From Eledone cirrhosa (lineage: Eukaryota): a stretch of DNA of 64,000 bases. The notes under the pieces are model-generated. The model made no database searches, had not been told where the DNA came from, and was given only the letters and a program-made list of their open reading frames with translations. Numbering within the stretch: the stretch's first letter is position 1; every line of letters starts with the position of its first letter. This document shows, piece after piece, positions 42,470-55,216 of the stretch. The position numbers and the translations under genes are program-made. The stretch covers positions 111,910,001 to 111,974,000 of the forward strand of contig OZ024745.1 of the NCBI GenBank assembly GCA_964016885.1, in the 5' to 3' direction.

Positions 42470-42503
<34 letters not shown>

Positions 42504-42511
<8 letters not shown>

Positions 42512-42726
42512 TAAAATAACAGATTAAAGTTTAAGCAAAGAATCGGTGCTTTCACCCTTAACGGGATCTTCAGAAGATCCCGTTAAGGGTGAAAGCAGCG
42601 ATTCTTTGCTTAAACTTTAATCGGTTATTTTAATAAATATTTGCTCTACGGTTCTTATATATTTGATATATATCTATCCTTATCGAGCCCTCTTTGGATT
42701 TTAGTCTTCGAATTTATTATTATTAC

Positions 42727-42730
<4 letters not shown>
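42504..42730 (+). mobile_element. Fold-back element, copy 2 (hairpin 42504-42640)
   Basis: Reverse complement of 36745-36968 with few substitutions. Confidence 0.85.
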
Positions 42731-42799
<69 letters not shown>

Positions 42800-43057
42800 C
42801 ATATCCACACATATGCACTCACATGCAATCACACACACTCATACACATATACACATACATATATACAAAAATATATGCATGCTTTCATATTCATAATTAA
42901 GAGTTAAAATAAGATGTAGACAACAACAACAACAACTTCTATTGGCTACAGGGGTCCAAGACATTGGAGACAATACAAGGATTAAATACAAGACAATAAA
43001 AAATAGGGTTTACATCAAGTAAAAAGGGTCAAAATCAACAAAACAATAACTATAGCA

Positions 43058-43760
43058 ATGTTGTTGTATGGATTAGGTACATGGACCCTGACACATACAC
43101 TTGAGAAGAAACTAAATGGCGTCTACACTAAAATGTTTAGGGCTGTACAAAGCATAAACAAACTGAGAGAGAAACTAGACATAAGAGGAATAAAATACAG
43201 TGTGCAGGAAAGGAGAGGAGATTCCGTTGGTATGGATGTGATGCATATGAAGGGTCGACAGCTATATAAAATGGTGCAGAACGCTCAAAGTCGATAGAAG
43301 CCTTGGAGTGGTGTCAATGTATTACAAATGAAAGTTTATGCAGAAACTTGCCCAAGATAACAACTACAATTGCTCAAAGATGGTTATGATTTACACACTG
43401 TAAATATGGTTGGCATTAGGAAGGGCATCCAGTCGTAGAAAATCAGCCAGAAACAGTCCTATATGAGCGAGACATGGTCACCTGACTTAACTTGCTTCTA
43501 ATGGGACAAACCCGTCTAACCCATGCTAGCGTGGAAAATAGACATTAAATGGTGATGATGATGATGATGATGATGATGACATTGCTGAAGAAGTAAGCAG
43601 GAAGTTATACACAGGCTATTATTGTGGGAACCAGCCCCAGTAGAGGAAGACCTGCTCGAACACTCATCGATCAACTCTCAGACGATACAAACCTCAGCAG
43701 TGAGCAGAGGCCAGGAGCAATGGAAAGTCGTGCATTTTGGAGAGATTTTGTCAGGAATGT
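43058..43760 (+). mobile_element. RTE C-terminal relics interrupted by a SINE-B tail element (43395-43580)
   Basis: LLYGLGTWTLTHTLEKKLNGVYTKMFR and LLWEP..RGRPARTLIDQL motifs. Confidence 0.7.
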
Positions 43761-44304
43761 TCGACTGTGGTCACAATGATGAACAGTAATGGTTTCTGAT
43801 GTATCAGCGATATTTTTAGTGGAGGACTTCATTAAATCAACCCCAGTATTTGACTATTACTTTATTTTATTGATATCATGAAGATGAATTGGAAAGTTTG
43901 TCCAGGAATGGTTATGAGGAAAATGACCTTGAAATATTTGAAATAATCTGGAATTAATTTTGGTGTGGAATGGGAAATTACAAAGAATATTTATTACATA
44001 CTGTTGTTGGAGTATTATTCACCGAAATGTCAGTGAGATATTAATTATAAATATAACGTTTATAGAGAGACTATAAATAATGCAATGATATAAATTATGA
44101 ATAATGAAGGTGACAGTTATTGAGGCTCAAGGTCAATGAAGATTATGATGATGATGATGATGATTTGATGTCGATGATGTTTTGATGACGCTGATGATTG
44201 TAATTGTGATAATTGGGCTGGGGATGATGGAGATGATGGTGAGTATGACGGAGATGATAATGAAAGCAATGAAAGCGATCTTAATGATAAATGATGATGA
44301 TGAT

Positions 44305-44496
44305 AATAATTGTTTCTACTTTAGGCACAAGGCCAGCAATTATCCCAGTACATTACTGGTACTTTATTTTATCGACCCCCGTAAGGATGAAAGGCAAAGT
44401 TAACCTCGGCGGGATTTGAACTCAGACCGTAAAGGGCCGTAACTCTTTGCTGCAAAGCATGTCAGACCCTCTACCGATACAGCCAATCCACCGCCT
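44305..44496 (-). mobile_element. SINE family A
   Basis: Full reverse-complement copy. Confidence 0.9.
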
Positions 44497-45110
44497 TTGG
44501 TGATGATGATGATAATAATGATGATAGTTATGATGTTGTTGAGGGTAATGATGGTGTCCATGGTGATATCAGTGGCAGTAGTGGTAGTGATGGTGGTGAT
44601 GATGAATATGCTGATGGTGTCAATGGGGGTGCTGGTAGTAGTGATGATGATGATAGGGGCAGTGATGATGCTGACAATGGTGGTAGTAATGGTGATGATG
44701 ATGATTATGTGAGGGGTAGCTGAGTGCCATTAAATGAAGTGAAAATTGAAAATCCCAAATCCCAAAATATCTTGGCAACTCAATAAACAAGTATATTTTC
44801 TTGTTTAAGCATCATATCTTTTCATTTCCTCTCCTCTTTTCTCATCATAACTCATCTCCACCTCAATCCATCCTTCCAGAATATTTCAGAACCAAATCAA
44901 TGTACTATTGATGTTCAATATCTCTTTTGATTGATTGCTTACTCACCTAATTTACGTGAATAAAAGTGTGTGTGTGTGTGTGTTTGTTTGTGTGTGTGTT
45001 TGTTTGTATGTGTGTTTGTTTGTGTATGCATGTGTGTGTGTATGTATCTGTTCATGTATGCATTTGTGCATATTTTTGTGTGTTTGCATATTTGTGGGTT
45101 GTTTGTTTGC

Positions 45111-45142
<32 letters not shown>

Positions 45143-45782
45143 CTGTTTGTGTATGTGTTTGTTTATATTTTGTGTGTTTGCATTTATGTTCATGTGAGTG
45201 TTTGTGTGGTTCTTTGCTGATGAGAATGTGTGTGTCTATATATGTCTATATGTTTGTAGGTATTATGTATATTGGCATTTGTGTTTTTCTCTGTGTACAT
45301 GTCTATGAATGTGTTTATGTTAAAGTGAGTGTAAGTGTATGTGTTTCATTGCATTTTACATGTATATATTTATGTGTTTGTACATGTATGTGTGTAATTA
45401 CGTGATTGTGTGTGTATGTGTCTTTGTACATATATGTGTGAGTTGGATGCTTGGGTGAGTGTGAGTATAGATTTGGTTGAATATTTGAGATTTGATATTA
45501 TTTAAGCAGCTGCAGCTACCTTTAATATTATTCATATAAACAAATTTCTCCTGAAGATATATTTGAAACCAGATGTGCACAGCACACGCACTAGTTTAGA
45601 ACCAGAGATAGAGTCAACTCTACTGCTATTTCCCAATATATTTAGGAAGAGAAAGATAGTGGAATTATTATAAGCCGGAGTAACATCAACACTAAGAAGA
45701 AGCAATCTACGCTTGACAAAGAATAGAACTTATTGACCTAGAATTTCAATATGATAAGCAGGAAATTCAAAATATGGTTTAT

Positions 45783-45783
45783 G

Positions 45784-45817
<34 letters not shown>

Positions 45818-46510
45818 TTAATGTCCATTTCCTATGCTTGCATGTGTTAGAGGGGTTGTCACATTATAAGACAATTCAAGTCGGGGGACAATGTCTTGTT
45901 CATGCAGATCTGTATTTCGACTTGGTTTCTTCAGCTGGATGCCCTTCCTAGTGCCAAAAACATTACAGTGTGGACTCGGTGCTTTTTATCGTGGCATTGA
46001 AACAATCATTTAACAAGGTGACCTGAGTGCTTTTTATCATGTCACCAGCACGACCATCTTACAGGGTGGTGGACTGAGTGCTTTTTATTTTGACACCAGC
46101 ACGACCATCTTACAGGGTGGACGGGGCACTTTTTGCCGTGTCGCCAACGCGACCACTTTACAATGATGATGATGATGATGATGAATGTGATGATGAGTTC
46201 CTACATTTTCTTAATCAATAGAACCTCTATATGGTTATTCAACATGCTAAAATTAGCAGCAAAATTGCTTTCAAATCACATGGTATCATCTTCAAAAAAG
46301 GAAGGACACATCAGATAATATTGTTCTGGATACATCATCATCATCGATTAACGTCCATCTTCCATGCTAGCAAGGGTTAGACGGGTCTTATTTTGAGGCA
46401 AGTCGTGTCGAGTGACCGTGTCTCGCTCATATAGGGGTGTTTCTGGCTGGTTTTCTATGGCTGGATGCCCTTCCAAATGCCAACCACATAACCACATTTA
46501 CAGTATGGGA
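45783..46510 (-). mobile_element. Two SINE-B/RTE-tail elements
   Basis: (CAT)n tails and gctggatgcccttcc motifs at 45783-46190 and 46333-46510. Confidence 0.7.
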
Positions 46511-46902
46511 TGGTCATGGGTGGAATTCTTTTATTATAATAGGTCTGTTTGATCAGAGCTGACCTGGGGCTAAACAATCACCACCGCAACAGCAATAACA
46601 ATATGGCACTATGATTGATGGTTCTTTGAAAAATGAAGAGACATAGGGCTCATTAAACAATTATATGATCAAGTGGAGTTGTGTTTTCCAAAGTTATCCC
46701 CCCCCCCCCCCCCATCATTGATGTTATCCTGGTTTGGTTAGTGTATGGGGGGGGGGGTCAATGACAAGAGAGAGATAAGGAGAGACTGAGGAGGAGAGAA
46801 ATAAGATTGATAGAGAGAGAGGAGGAGAGAAAGTAAGATTGATAGAGAGTGAGGAGGAGAGAAAGTGAGATAGATAGATATCTAGAGAGATAGGTAGGGG
46901 GA

Positions 46903-46941
<39 letters not shown>

Positions 46942-47049
46942 CAGGGAGATGGGAAGAGAGAGTGCTTAAGGAGATAATGTTACAAAATATTTTATGGGTA
47001 AGAAAACTGAAGAAAAAAAAAATGTTTATTTTTTAATGAATTGAAGAAA

Positions 47050-47360
47050 GAGAGGAGGAGGTGGAGGTGAGAGGAAGAAAGAGGGAGAGAGAAGAGAGAG
47101 AAGAAAGAAGAGAGAGAAGAAAGAGGGAGAAAGAAGAGGGAGAAGAAAGAGGGAGAAAGAAGAGGGAGAAGAAAGAGGGAGAGAGAGAAGAAAGAGGGAG
47201 AGAGAAGAAAGAGAAGAAAGAAGAGAGAAGAAAGAGGGAGAAAGAAGAGAGAGAAGAAAGAGGGAGAGAGAGAAGAAAGAGGGATAGAGAAGAAAGAGGG
47301 AGAGAGAAGAGAGAAGAGAGAGAAGAAAGAGGGAGAGAGAAGAGAGAGAGATTAGAGAGG
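47050..47360. repeat. Polypurine (GA-rich) minisatellite
   Basis: Almost pure A/G for about 300 bp, with units such as gaagaaagagggaga. Confidence 0.9.
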
Positions 47361-47510
47361 GTGAGGAAGATATTTTCTTTTTGAAGGCATAAAGAAATAA
47401 AGTTAAATTTATTGTCACCATTATGGAATTGGTGGCATTGAAGTGGAGGGGGAAACAGCAGCAACATCAACAGCAACAGCAGCAGTGGTAGCAATGGTGG
47501 TAGTAGTAGT

Positions 47511-47918
47511 GGTTGGCAGAATTGGTAGAGCATCGGACAAGTTGTTTCACAGCATAGAGTTACGGCCCTTGAGGTTCTGAGTTCAAATCCCGCCAAGGTT
47601 AACTTTGCCTTTCATCCTTACGGGGGTCGATAAAATAAAGTACCAGTAATGTACTGGGGTCAATTTAATCGATTTTCCTCTCCTCCCCAAATTGCTGGCC
47701 TTGTAGAAACAATTATTATTATTACAAGGGTGGTGAATTGGCAGTATCGGTAGAGGGTTGGACGCCATGCTTTCTAGCATAGTTACGTCCCTTTACAGTC
47801 TGAGTTCAAATCCCACCGAGGTTAACTTTGCCTTTCATCCTTACGGGGTCGATAAAATAAAGTACCAGTAATGCACTGGGTAATTGCTGGCCTTGTGCCT
47901 AAAGTAGAAACAATTATT
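47511..47918 (+). mobile_element. Two head-to-tail SINE family A copies
   Basis: Copies at 47511-47720 and 47727-47918. Confidence 0.9.
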
Positions 47919-48302
47919 ACAGTAATAAAGGGCAGTGGATTGGCAGTAAAATAAAGTACCAGTAATGCAGTGGGGGTAATTGCTGGCCTTGTGCCTAAAG
48001 TAGAAACAATTATTACAGTAATAAAGGGCAGTGGATTGGCAGTAAAATAAAGTACCAGTAATGCAGTGGGGGTAATTGCTGGCCTTGTGCCTAAAGTAGA
48101 AACAATTATTACAGTAATAAAGGGCAGTGGATTGGCAGTAAAATAAAGTACCAGTAATGCAGTGGGGGTAATTGCTGGCCTTGTGCCTAAAGTAGAAACA
48201 ATTATTACAGTAATAAAGGGCAGTGGATTGGCAGTAAAATAAAGTACCAGTAATGCAGTGGGGGTAATTGCTGGCCTTGTGCCTAAAGTAGAAACAATTA
48301 TT
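47919..48302 (+). repeat. Four identical 96-bp tandem units derived from an internally deleted SINE A
   Basis: acagtaataaagggcagtgg starts at 47919, 48015, 48111 and 48207. Confidence 0.95.
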
Positions 48303-48879
48303 AATAACATTAGTGCTAGTAGTATTAGTAGTATTAGTAGTATTAGTACTAGTAGCATTAGTAGTATTAGTAGTAGGAGGAGGAGATGATGAAGAAGAAG
48401 GTGATGATGTTGATAAGCCCTAGGCCAGCTATGGTTCAGCAGACTCATGCCACACTATTGGTTGGTTAATCAATCAAGTAGGATTGATGATGATGATGAT
48501 GATGATGAAGATTCAGATAACAACATGAAAAATAATCTGGTAATGTTAAGTGAAGGAAACATCTTTTTAAAGTTGCCATCATCATCATCATCATTATCAT
48601 CACCCCACCACTATCATCATCATCATCATTATCATCATCATCACCAGTAGCAGCATGATCATCACCATCATCACCACCATGATGATCATTATCACCAAAA
48701 CCATCATAACCACAATCACCCTCACCATCAACTGCCATTAATATTAATCCTTACATCATCATCATCACCATCATTTTCACTACAATCATCATCATCATTG
48801 TCATCATGATCATTACCATTATTACTATTTGTTGTTTTAGTGTCCATATTTGTCTTCCATGTCATGTGACGGCATGGTG

Positions 48880-49200
48880 CAAAAGATGGGTTTGTATCAC
48901 CTTACGTGACAGGAAGAGCAACATGTGGATTCAACAGCTCACTGGAGTGAAGGACATAGTCGCGACCATTAAGGAGGGCAAACATAGATGGGCTGGCCAT
49001 GTCTCTTGTCTCAGAGACAACAGGTTGACTATTAGATTGACAGAATGGACACCAAGGCAGTGGAGAAGAACCAGAGGGTGACCAAAGGTAAGATGGCATA
49101 ACAATCTGACCTAATACCTTGGCTGCATATGGCCCAATATGGCCAGGTCAACTTAGGGAAGGGTTCCTCCAGCAGGAGTGAAAAGGCCCTGGATTTTGTA
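48880..49200 (+). mobile_element. RTE LINE C-terminal relic
   Basis: ITLRDRKSNMWIQQLTGVKDI..KHRWAGHV..EWTP. Confidence 0.8.
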
Positions 49201-50389
49201 GTTTGGATTTGTGTTTGCACTATGGAAAATCCCCATTCTTCTCAAGCTTCCATGATGTTGTTTCTAAGGCTGAATGTTCTTATATTAGATCTCACAAGCT
49301 TAACCTTTGCCTTCTTTGATTTGTTACACACAGACACCACAACAGATATCTCCTCAGTGAGTTAGCCTCTCTACAAATCACACACACACACACACACACA
49401 CATGCAAGCACACTCACATGCACTCACATATGCACACACACACTCACACATGCACACAAGCACATACTTATGCACACACACACACACACATGCAAGTACA
49501 TATTCTCACATGCAAGTGCATATTCTCACATGCACACACATGCAAGCACACACTCTTACATGCACACACACACACACATGCAGAAAAGTATTTAAGGCCA
49601 TTTCCCCTGCTAAATCAAGGAGTTAAACCAGAGATGGGAAACCTCTGTGGCCTTCTATGCTATTCTGTGCAGACTTTTGAAAGAATCGTAAATTTCCAAT
49701 AAGTTTTTTATTTTTATATATGTTTTTGTCTGTCTTATTTTAATCTAAACCATAAGATGAACGTCTTTTAAATTCCAAAGAGTAAAAGAAAATTTAATGA
49801 AATAATCCATACTGACTGACAGCCAGAATTAAACAATTAGTAGATCATAAGGGCCATTACGGCACTCATTTCAGCACATTTTATGCTCTTGTTTAATTCT
49901 AATGCAATTCTAAAATGTACATTAAATTCCTATTATTTAGATAATGAATTAATTAGATTTTTACAAAATAATGTAGATTTTAAGAATATATAATTATGCT
50001 TTCTTGAATGCAACCTTATTATATTGTAAGTAAGTTAATGAAGCCTTTCAACATGAAAAGGTTCTCCCATCCCACCTCTGAGTTAAACCGTGCTGGTCTC
50101 ATAAGAAGTTTTATACTCATCATGGGGTCCTTATTGAGGCAAAGTGTTTATGGTCAGGTGCTCTCCCTGATGTCAACCCTTTTAGTCATCCCTTACAACA
50201 TAAGGATATGGTGTTGTGCCCAATCTAAACTGGATTTACAAACTAAACCGTTTTATAACCCCCCTCCCTCTGACAGAACTAAATCTCTAAATCTTAACAT
50301 CCTGTATTGCATGAAAACACATTTTTGAAAAACAGCAAAATAAACAGCACTATGAATGCGTCACATTGAAATTTAAAATTTTTATTTAC

Positions 50390-50820
50390 TTTACAGCAAA
50401 TTTTCACAACAATCTGTCCATTAGTAAGACACTGCAAGAATTTAAATTAAGAAACCTGTTTTAGATATTTTCAACTAAATCATTGCAGTATGTAAGAATT
50501 AATACTACAAATTTTCATAGCAACCTGTCCACTGGTAATGATACTGCAAAATTTCAAATTAAGAAATCTGTTTTTAGATATTTTCTCCTGAATGTTAAGA
50601 GTTAATACTGTAAATGTTCACAATAATCTGTTCACTCATAAAGATACTACAAACATTTGAAATAAGAAACTTCTTTTGAGATATTTTCTGTTAAATCATT
50701 TTAAAATGTAAAGGGTTAATACTACAAATTTTCATGACAATATATATATCCACTAGTAAAGATACTATAAACATTTGAATTAAGAAACTCGTTTTTAGAT
50801 ATTTTCTGTTAAATCATTAC
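50390..50820. repeat. Diverged tandem repeat (about 110-bp unit, 4 copies)
   Basis: aaattttcac.acaatctgtcca..agtaaga.act.caa..attt.aattaagaaac..gttttagatattttc recurs four times. Confidence 0.8.
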
Positions 50821-51370
50821 AGGACATTTTAAGAGGTTCTTTTTTTATTTACCTTCATTTTTATGAGTGCCAAAGTCATTTCATCAAAATGCTGAGCAAT
50901 CTATTTAATGCAAATACAAGTGACATTGGTCTGTAGCAATCAATCATTTCCCAGTGTAAGATTTTGTTGTTGTTGTTTAGTCCCTGTTCTACTTTCGTCC
51001 AGCTGATGCATGTTCAAAGGTATTCCAGCCATTTATTTTCAAACATAATGCAAGTAGGTTGACATTAGCTAATACACAGTGGAGGACTCTTCAGTTGTGT
51101 GAAGGGCATGGTAACCTCTCTAGTGCTGGAATCATGATAAAATGCACTTGGTGGTGCACAGGGTCATATGTAAGTGTGTCACAGGCTACCAGCACATCTG
51201 AGCACTCAGTAGGGCTCCTGGCTCCTGGCCCTCTGTGGGACCAGTACATCTACTTTGAATAGCAACCCAGTTTACTGATGACCTGTCCAACTCTTGTTAA
51301 CAGGCAAAGTGGGTGTGAAATGATGATGATGATGATGATGATAATGGCGGTGGTGGTGAGGAAGAAGTTG

Positions 51371-51401
<31 letters not shown>

Positions 51402-51766
51402 AGAGGATGAGATGGGTTGATGATAATGATGAAGATGAGGTTTATGATGATGACGATGAAGAGGTTGATGATGATGATGATGATGATGATAACAGCAGTT
51501 TGTGATTTAAGGGAGATTTAGCTGCTATTTCTTGCAGGTAGAGTGATCCATGTAGAAGTAGATTCATTAACAAGTGGATGGATGATCTTACAATATATAT
51601 AGCGGAGATGATAAATAGAGATGATGTTTGCTGCAAGTTATGTACACATTCCATGGGTGGGTGGCTGGGGACAATGGAGGGAGAGAAATGGTGGATCACT
51701 TGAGTTGTTGCATAATTCCCAGACCTGTGAAATATGAACATAGAACATTGACAATGGAAGAGGAGA

Positions 51767-52620
51767 TGATGATGATGATGATGATGACGGTGGTGGTGGT
51801 GGTGGTGGTGGTGGTGATGGTGGTGGTGGTGGTGGTGGTGGTGATGATGGTGGTGGTGGTGGTGGTAGCGGTGGTGGTGACGATGGTGGTGGTGGTGGTA
51901 GTGGTGGTGGTGGTAGTGGTGGTGGTAGTGGTGGTGGTGATGATGGTGGTGGTGGTGGTGGTGGTGGTGGTGACGATGGTGGTGGTGGTGGTAGTGGTGG
52001 TGGTGGTAGTGGTGGTGGTAGTGGTGGTGGTGATGATGGTGGTGGTGGTGGTGGTGGTGGTGGTGACGATGGTGGTGGTGGTGGTGGTGGTAGTGGTGGT
52101 GGTGACGATGGTGGTGGTGGTAGTGGTGGTGGTGACGATGGTGGTGGTGGTGGTGGTAGTGGTGGTGGTGACGATGATGGTGGTGGTGGTGGTGGTAGTG
52201 GTGGTGGTGACGATGGTGGTAGTGGTGGTGGTAGTGGTGGTGGTGACGATGGTGGTGGTGGTGGTGGTGGTAGTGGTGGTGGTGACGATGATGGTGGTGG
52301 TGGTGGTGGTAGTGGTGGTGGTGACGATGGTGGTAGTGGTGGTGGTAGTGGTGGTGGTGACGATGGTGGTGGTGGTGGTGGTAGTGGTGGTGGTCACGAT
52401 GGTGGTGGTGGTGGTAGTGGTGGTGGTGACGATGGTGGTGGTGGTGGTAGTGGTGGTGGTGATGATGGTGGTGGTGGTAGTGGTGGTGGTGATGATGGTG
52501 GTGGTGGTGGTAGTGGTGGTGGTGGTGGTAATGGTGGTGGTATTGGTAATGGTGGGGATGATGATGGTGGTGGTAATGGTGGTGGTAGTGGTGGTGGTGA
52601 TGGTGGTGATGATGAGGAGG
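51767..52620. repeat. (GGT)n minisatellite with periodic gacgat/gta interruptions
   Basis: Poly-Val ORF artefact. Confidence 0.95.
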
Positions 52621-53684
52621 ATAAAGAAGCTGGAGAGAAGTGTAGAAGTAGGTGGAAAGGAAGGTATATGTGAGTGGTGGTGGGAGGGTTGGGTGGGGCT
52701 AGGATAGATAAAGAGGGATGGTGAGAGGTGAGGGCGAGGAAGAAAGACTAGAAGGGAACAAGATGGAGAGAAGACTTAGACCGAGAGAGAATAAGAAGAG
52801 GAAGGGGTAGAGCAAGAAGAGATGAAATAGGAGGAGGGGGAGGAAGAAGAGAAGGAGAAAAACAAAGAGATGGAATGGTGGTGAGGGTGGCAATGGTGGT
52901 GATGATGATGATAAGGGTGGTGATGATGGTGGCAATGGTGGAGGTGATGATGATAATGATGATGATACTGGTGCTGGTGTGTGGATATTTTGGAGAAGAA
53001 GGAATTAGAATGGTAGATGGTGAAAGAAGATGAGGAACACAAGAGGAGGATATAAGGTACAGCAGAGGCAGAAAAGAAGATAGGAGGAAAAAAATAAAGG
53101 ATGAAGAGGAAGATGAAGTAGTAAAGAGAGAGGAATGAAAAGAGACGGAGGGAGAGAAGAAAAGGAGGGAAGAAGAGAAGAAAGGAAAGAAGAGAAGATA
53201 CATTTATAACGATATGGGAGAATTTATTTATTCATATTTATTATCTCCATTTATCAATTTACTTGTGTTCTCAATCAGATACATTGTTTCCAAGGACAGA
53301 GCTTTCATTCATTCATCTGTGCTGAAGTCACTGATGCCAAACTGATTTAAACTCAGATGAGAAAACCCAAAAGTCCTCCCAAAATCCCCAAAGCCCCTGA
53401 CAATGTTGACCTAGCCATGATCTGATGATGATGATGTATATGAAGGAAGATTGAGAGAATTCCCAGTTAGCATCCAGGAGAATTGTTCTGGTTAGGGACA
53501 ACTGTCAAAAGAGAAGAGCAGAGAACGAGAGCAAAACACAGAGAGAGAGAGAGAGAGAGAGAGGCTAAGAAAGATAAGTAGATAGAATTATACATATATA
53601 TATATATATATGTAGCTCTCTCTCTCTCTATATATATATATAGAGAGAGATCGAGATCATGTAGGTCTCACGAGAAAAAAAACA

Positions 53685-53901
53685 CACAGTCCATGCTGTA
53701 ATGTGGTCGTGTAGGTAGCACGGTAAAAAGTTCCCAGTTCCATACTGTAAATGTGGTTGGTGTTAGGAAGGGTATCCATCCAGCCGTAGAAAACCTGCCA
53801 GATAGTCCTATATGAGCGAGACACGGTCACCCGACCAACCTTGCCTCAAGTGGGACAACTCCCGTCTAACCCATGCTAGCGTGGAAAGTGGACGTTAAAT
53901 G

Positions 53902-53930
<29 letters not shown>
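53685..53930 (+). mobile_element. SINE-B/RTE-tail element
   Basis: gttggtgttaggaagggtatcc...cccatgctagcgtggaaagtggacgttaaatg followed by (gat)n. Confidence 0.8.
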
Positions 53931-53933
<3 letters not shown>

Positions 53934-54014
53934 ATATATACACATATATCAAGTATGGAAAATGGACGTTAAACGGTGATGACTATATATACACACATCT
54001 ACATATATATATAT

Positions 54015-54151
54015 ATAGGAACGAGTAGGACCCCGACGGATTGAGCTCAGCCGTCGGGGTCCTACTCGTTCCTATTACCTACTCTACTACCCTAAGTATT
54101 GAGTACTTTGGTGCGTTATGGTCCACCTGGTTCCTTACCACATTTCCTTCG

Positions 54152-54153
<2 letters not shown>
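54015..54153. mobile_element. Hairpin-headed short element in (TA)n, copy 2
   Basis: Nearly identical to 4864-5002, in the same orientation. Confidence 0.85.
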
Positions 54154-54213
<60 letters not shown>

Positions 54214-54321
54214 GTAGATGTGTGTATATACACACATCTACATATATGTATATATGTATATATATATGTAGATGTGTGTGTATATAGTCATCACTGTTTA
54301 ACGTCCATTTTCCATACTTGA

Positions 54322-54355
<34 letters not shown>

Positions 54356-54878
54356 GGGAGCTGCTTCCTCTGTTGACGAAGAAGGGTTTCTCCCTGCGTA
54401 CGAAAGGCTGGTTGTATGATGCCTGTGTGAGGAGCGCGATGCTGCATGGTAGTGAGACATGGGCAGCAACTGCAGAGGATATGCGACGGCTGGAGAGAAA
54501 TGAGGCAAGCATGCTCCGTTGGATGTGCAGTGTAAATGTGCGTGAACGACCCAGCATAAATGTGTTGAGAGAGAAACTGTGTCTGAGAGGGATAGAATGT
54601 AGTGTATGGGAGAGGAGACTGAGGTGGTACGGACATGTGATGCGCATGGAGGATGACCGATGGGTGAAGAAGTGCCAGGAAATGCCAGTTGAAGGAAGAC
54701 GTGGTGGAGGTAGACCACAAAAAACATGGGCGGAGGTGGTGAGAACAGACCTCAGATCATTGAAGCTCACGGTGGAGATGACGAAGGACTGTGACGAGTG
54801 GAGAGATGCTGTGCTGAATAAGGCCCGTCCCACCCTTGCAAGCAGGGAAAAGCGGACGTAAAATGATGATGATGAATG
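54356..54878 (+). mobile_element. Young 5'-truncated RTE LINE (uninterrupted RT C-terminal ORF to the stop at 54861)
   Basis: [17 protein letters not shown]...MLRWMC...[12 protein letters not shown]...GRPQKTW. (GAT)n tail. Confidence 0.9.
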
Positions 54879-54957
54879 AATATATATATATATGTAGATG
54901 TGTGTATATATAGTCATCACCGTTTTAACATCCATTTTCCATACTTGATATATGTGA

Positions 54958-55075
54958 AGGCGTGTGGCTGAGTGGATAGAGAATTGGATTCGCAGTCGTA
55001 AGGTTGTGAGTTCGATTCCTGGACCAGGCGATGCGTTATGTCCTTGAGCAAGACACTTTATTTCACATTGCTCCT
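54958..55075 (+). mobile_element. SINE family B head plus CORE
   Basis: ggcgtgtggctgagtgg...gagttcgattcc...gtccttgagcaagacactttatttcac. Confidence 0.85.
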
Positions 55076-55175
55076 TCTACCTGGAGTTGCGACAGATAGA
55101 TAGTATTAGCAATTGGAAAGACCAACGGAAACATTGTTCCCTCGGTCCGATTTGACGAAAGTCGATCGTTCCTAA

Positions 55176-55216
<41 letters not shown>

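Larger units (their letters stand above)
42148..42477. repeat. Perfect 330-bp palindrome (162-bp arms, 6-nt spacer caacat)
   Basis: Arms 42148-42309 and 42316-42477 are exact reverse complements by inspection. Confidence 0.95.

Noticed and set aside
45547-45585. CTGAAGA-tatattt-GAAA
   Set aside because: No stem II/III or cleavage triplet geometry.
47919-48302. CRISPR-like regular array
   Set aside because: Units are wholly identical with no variable spacers, they derive from a SINE, and there are no cas genes.
54958-55030. tRNA gene
   Set aside because: A and B boxes are present but run into the SINE CORE domain with no complete cloverleaf. This is a SINE head.
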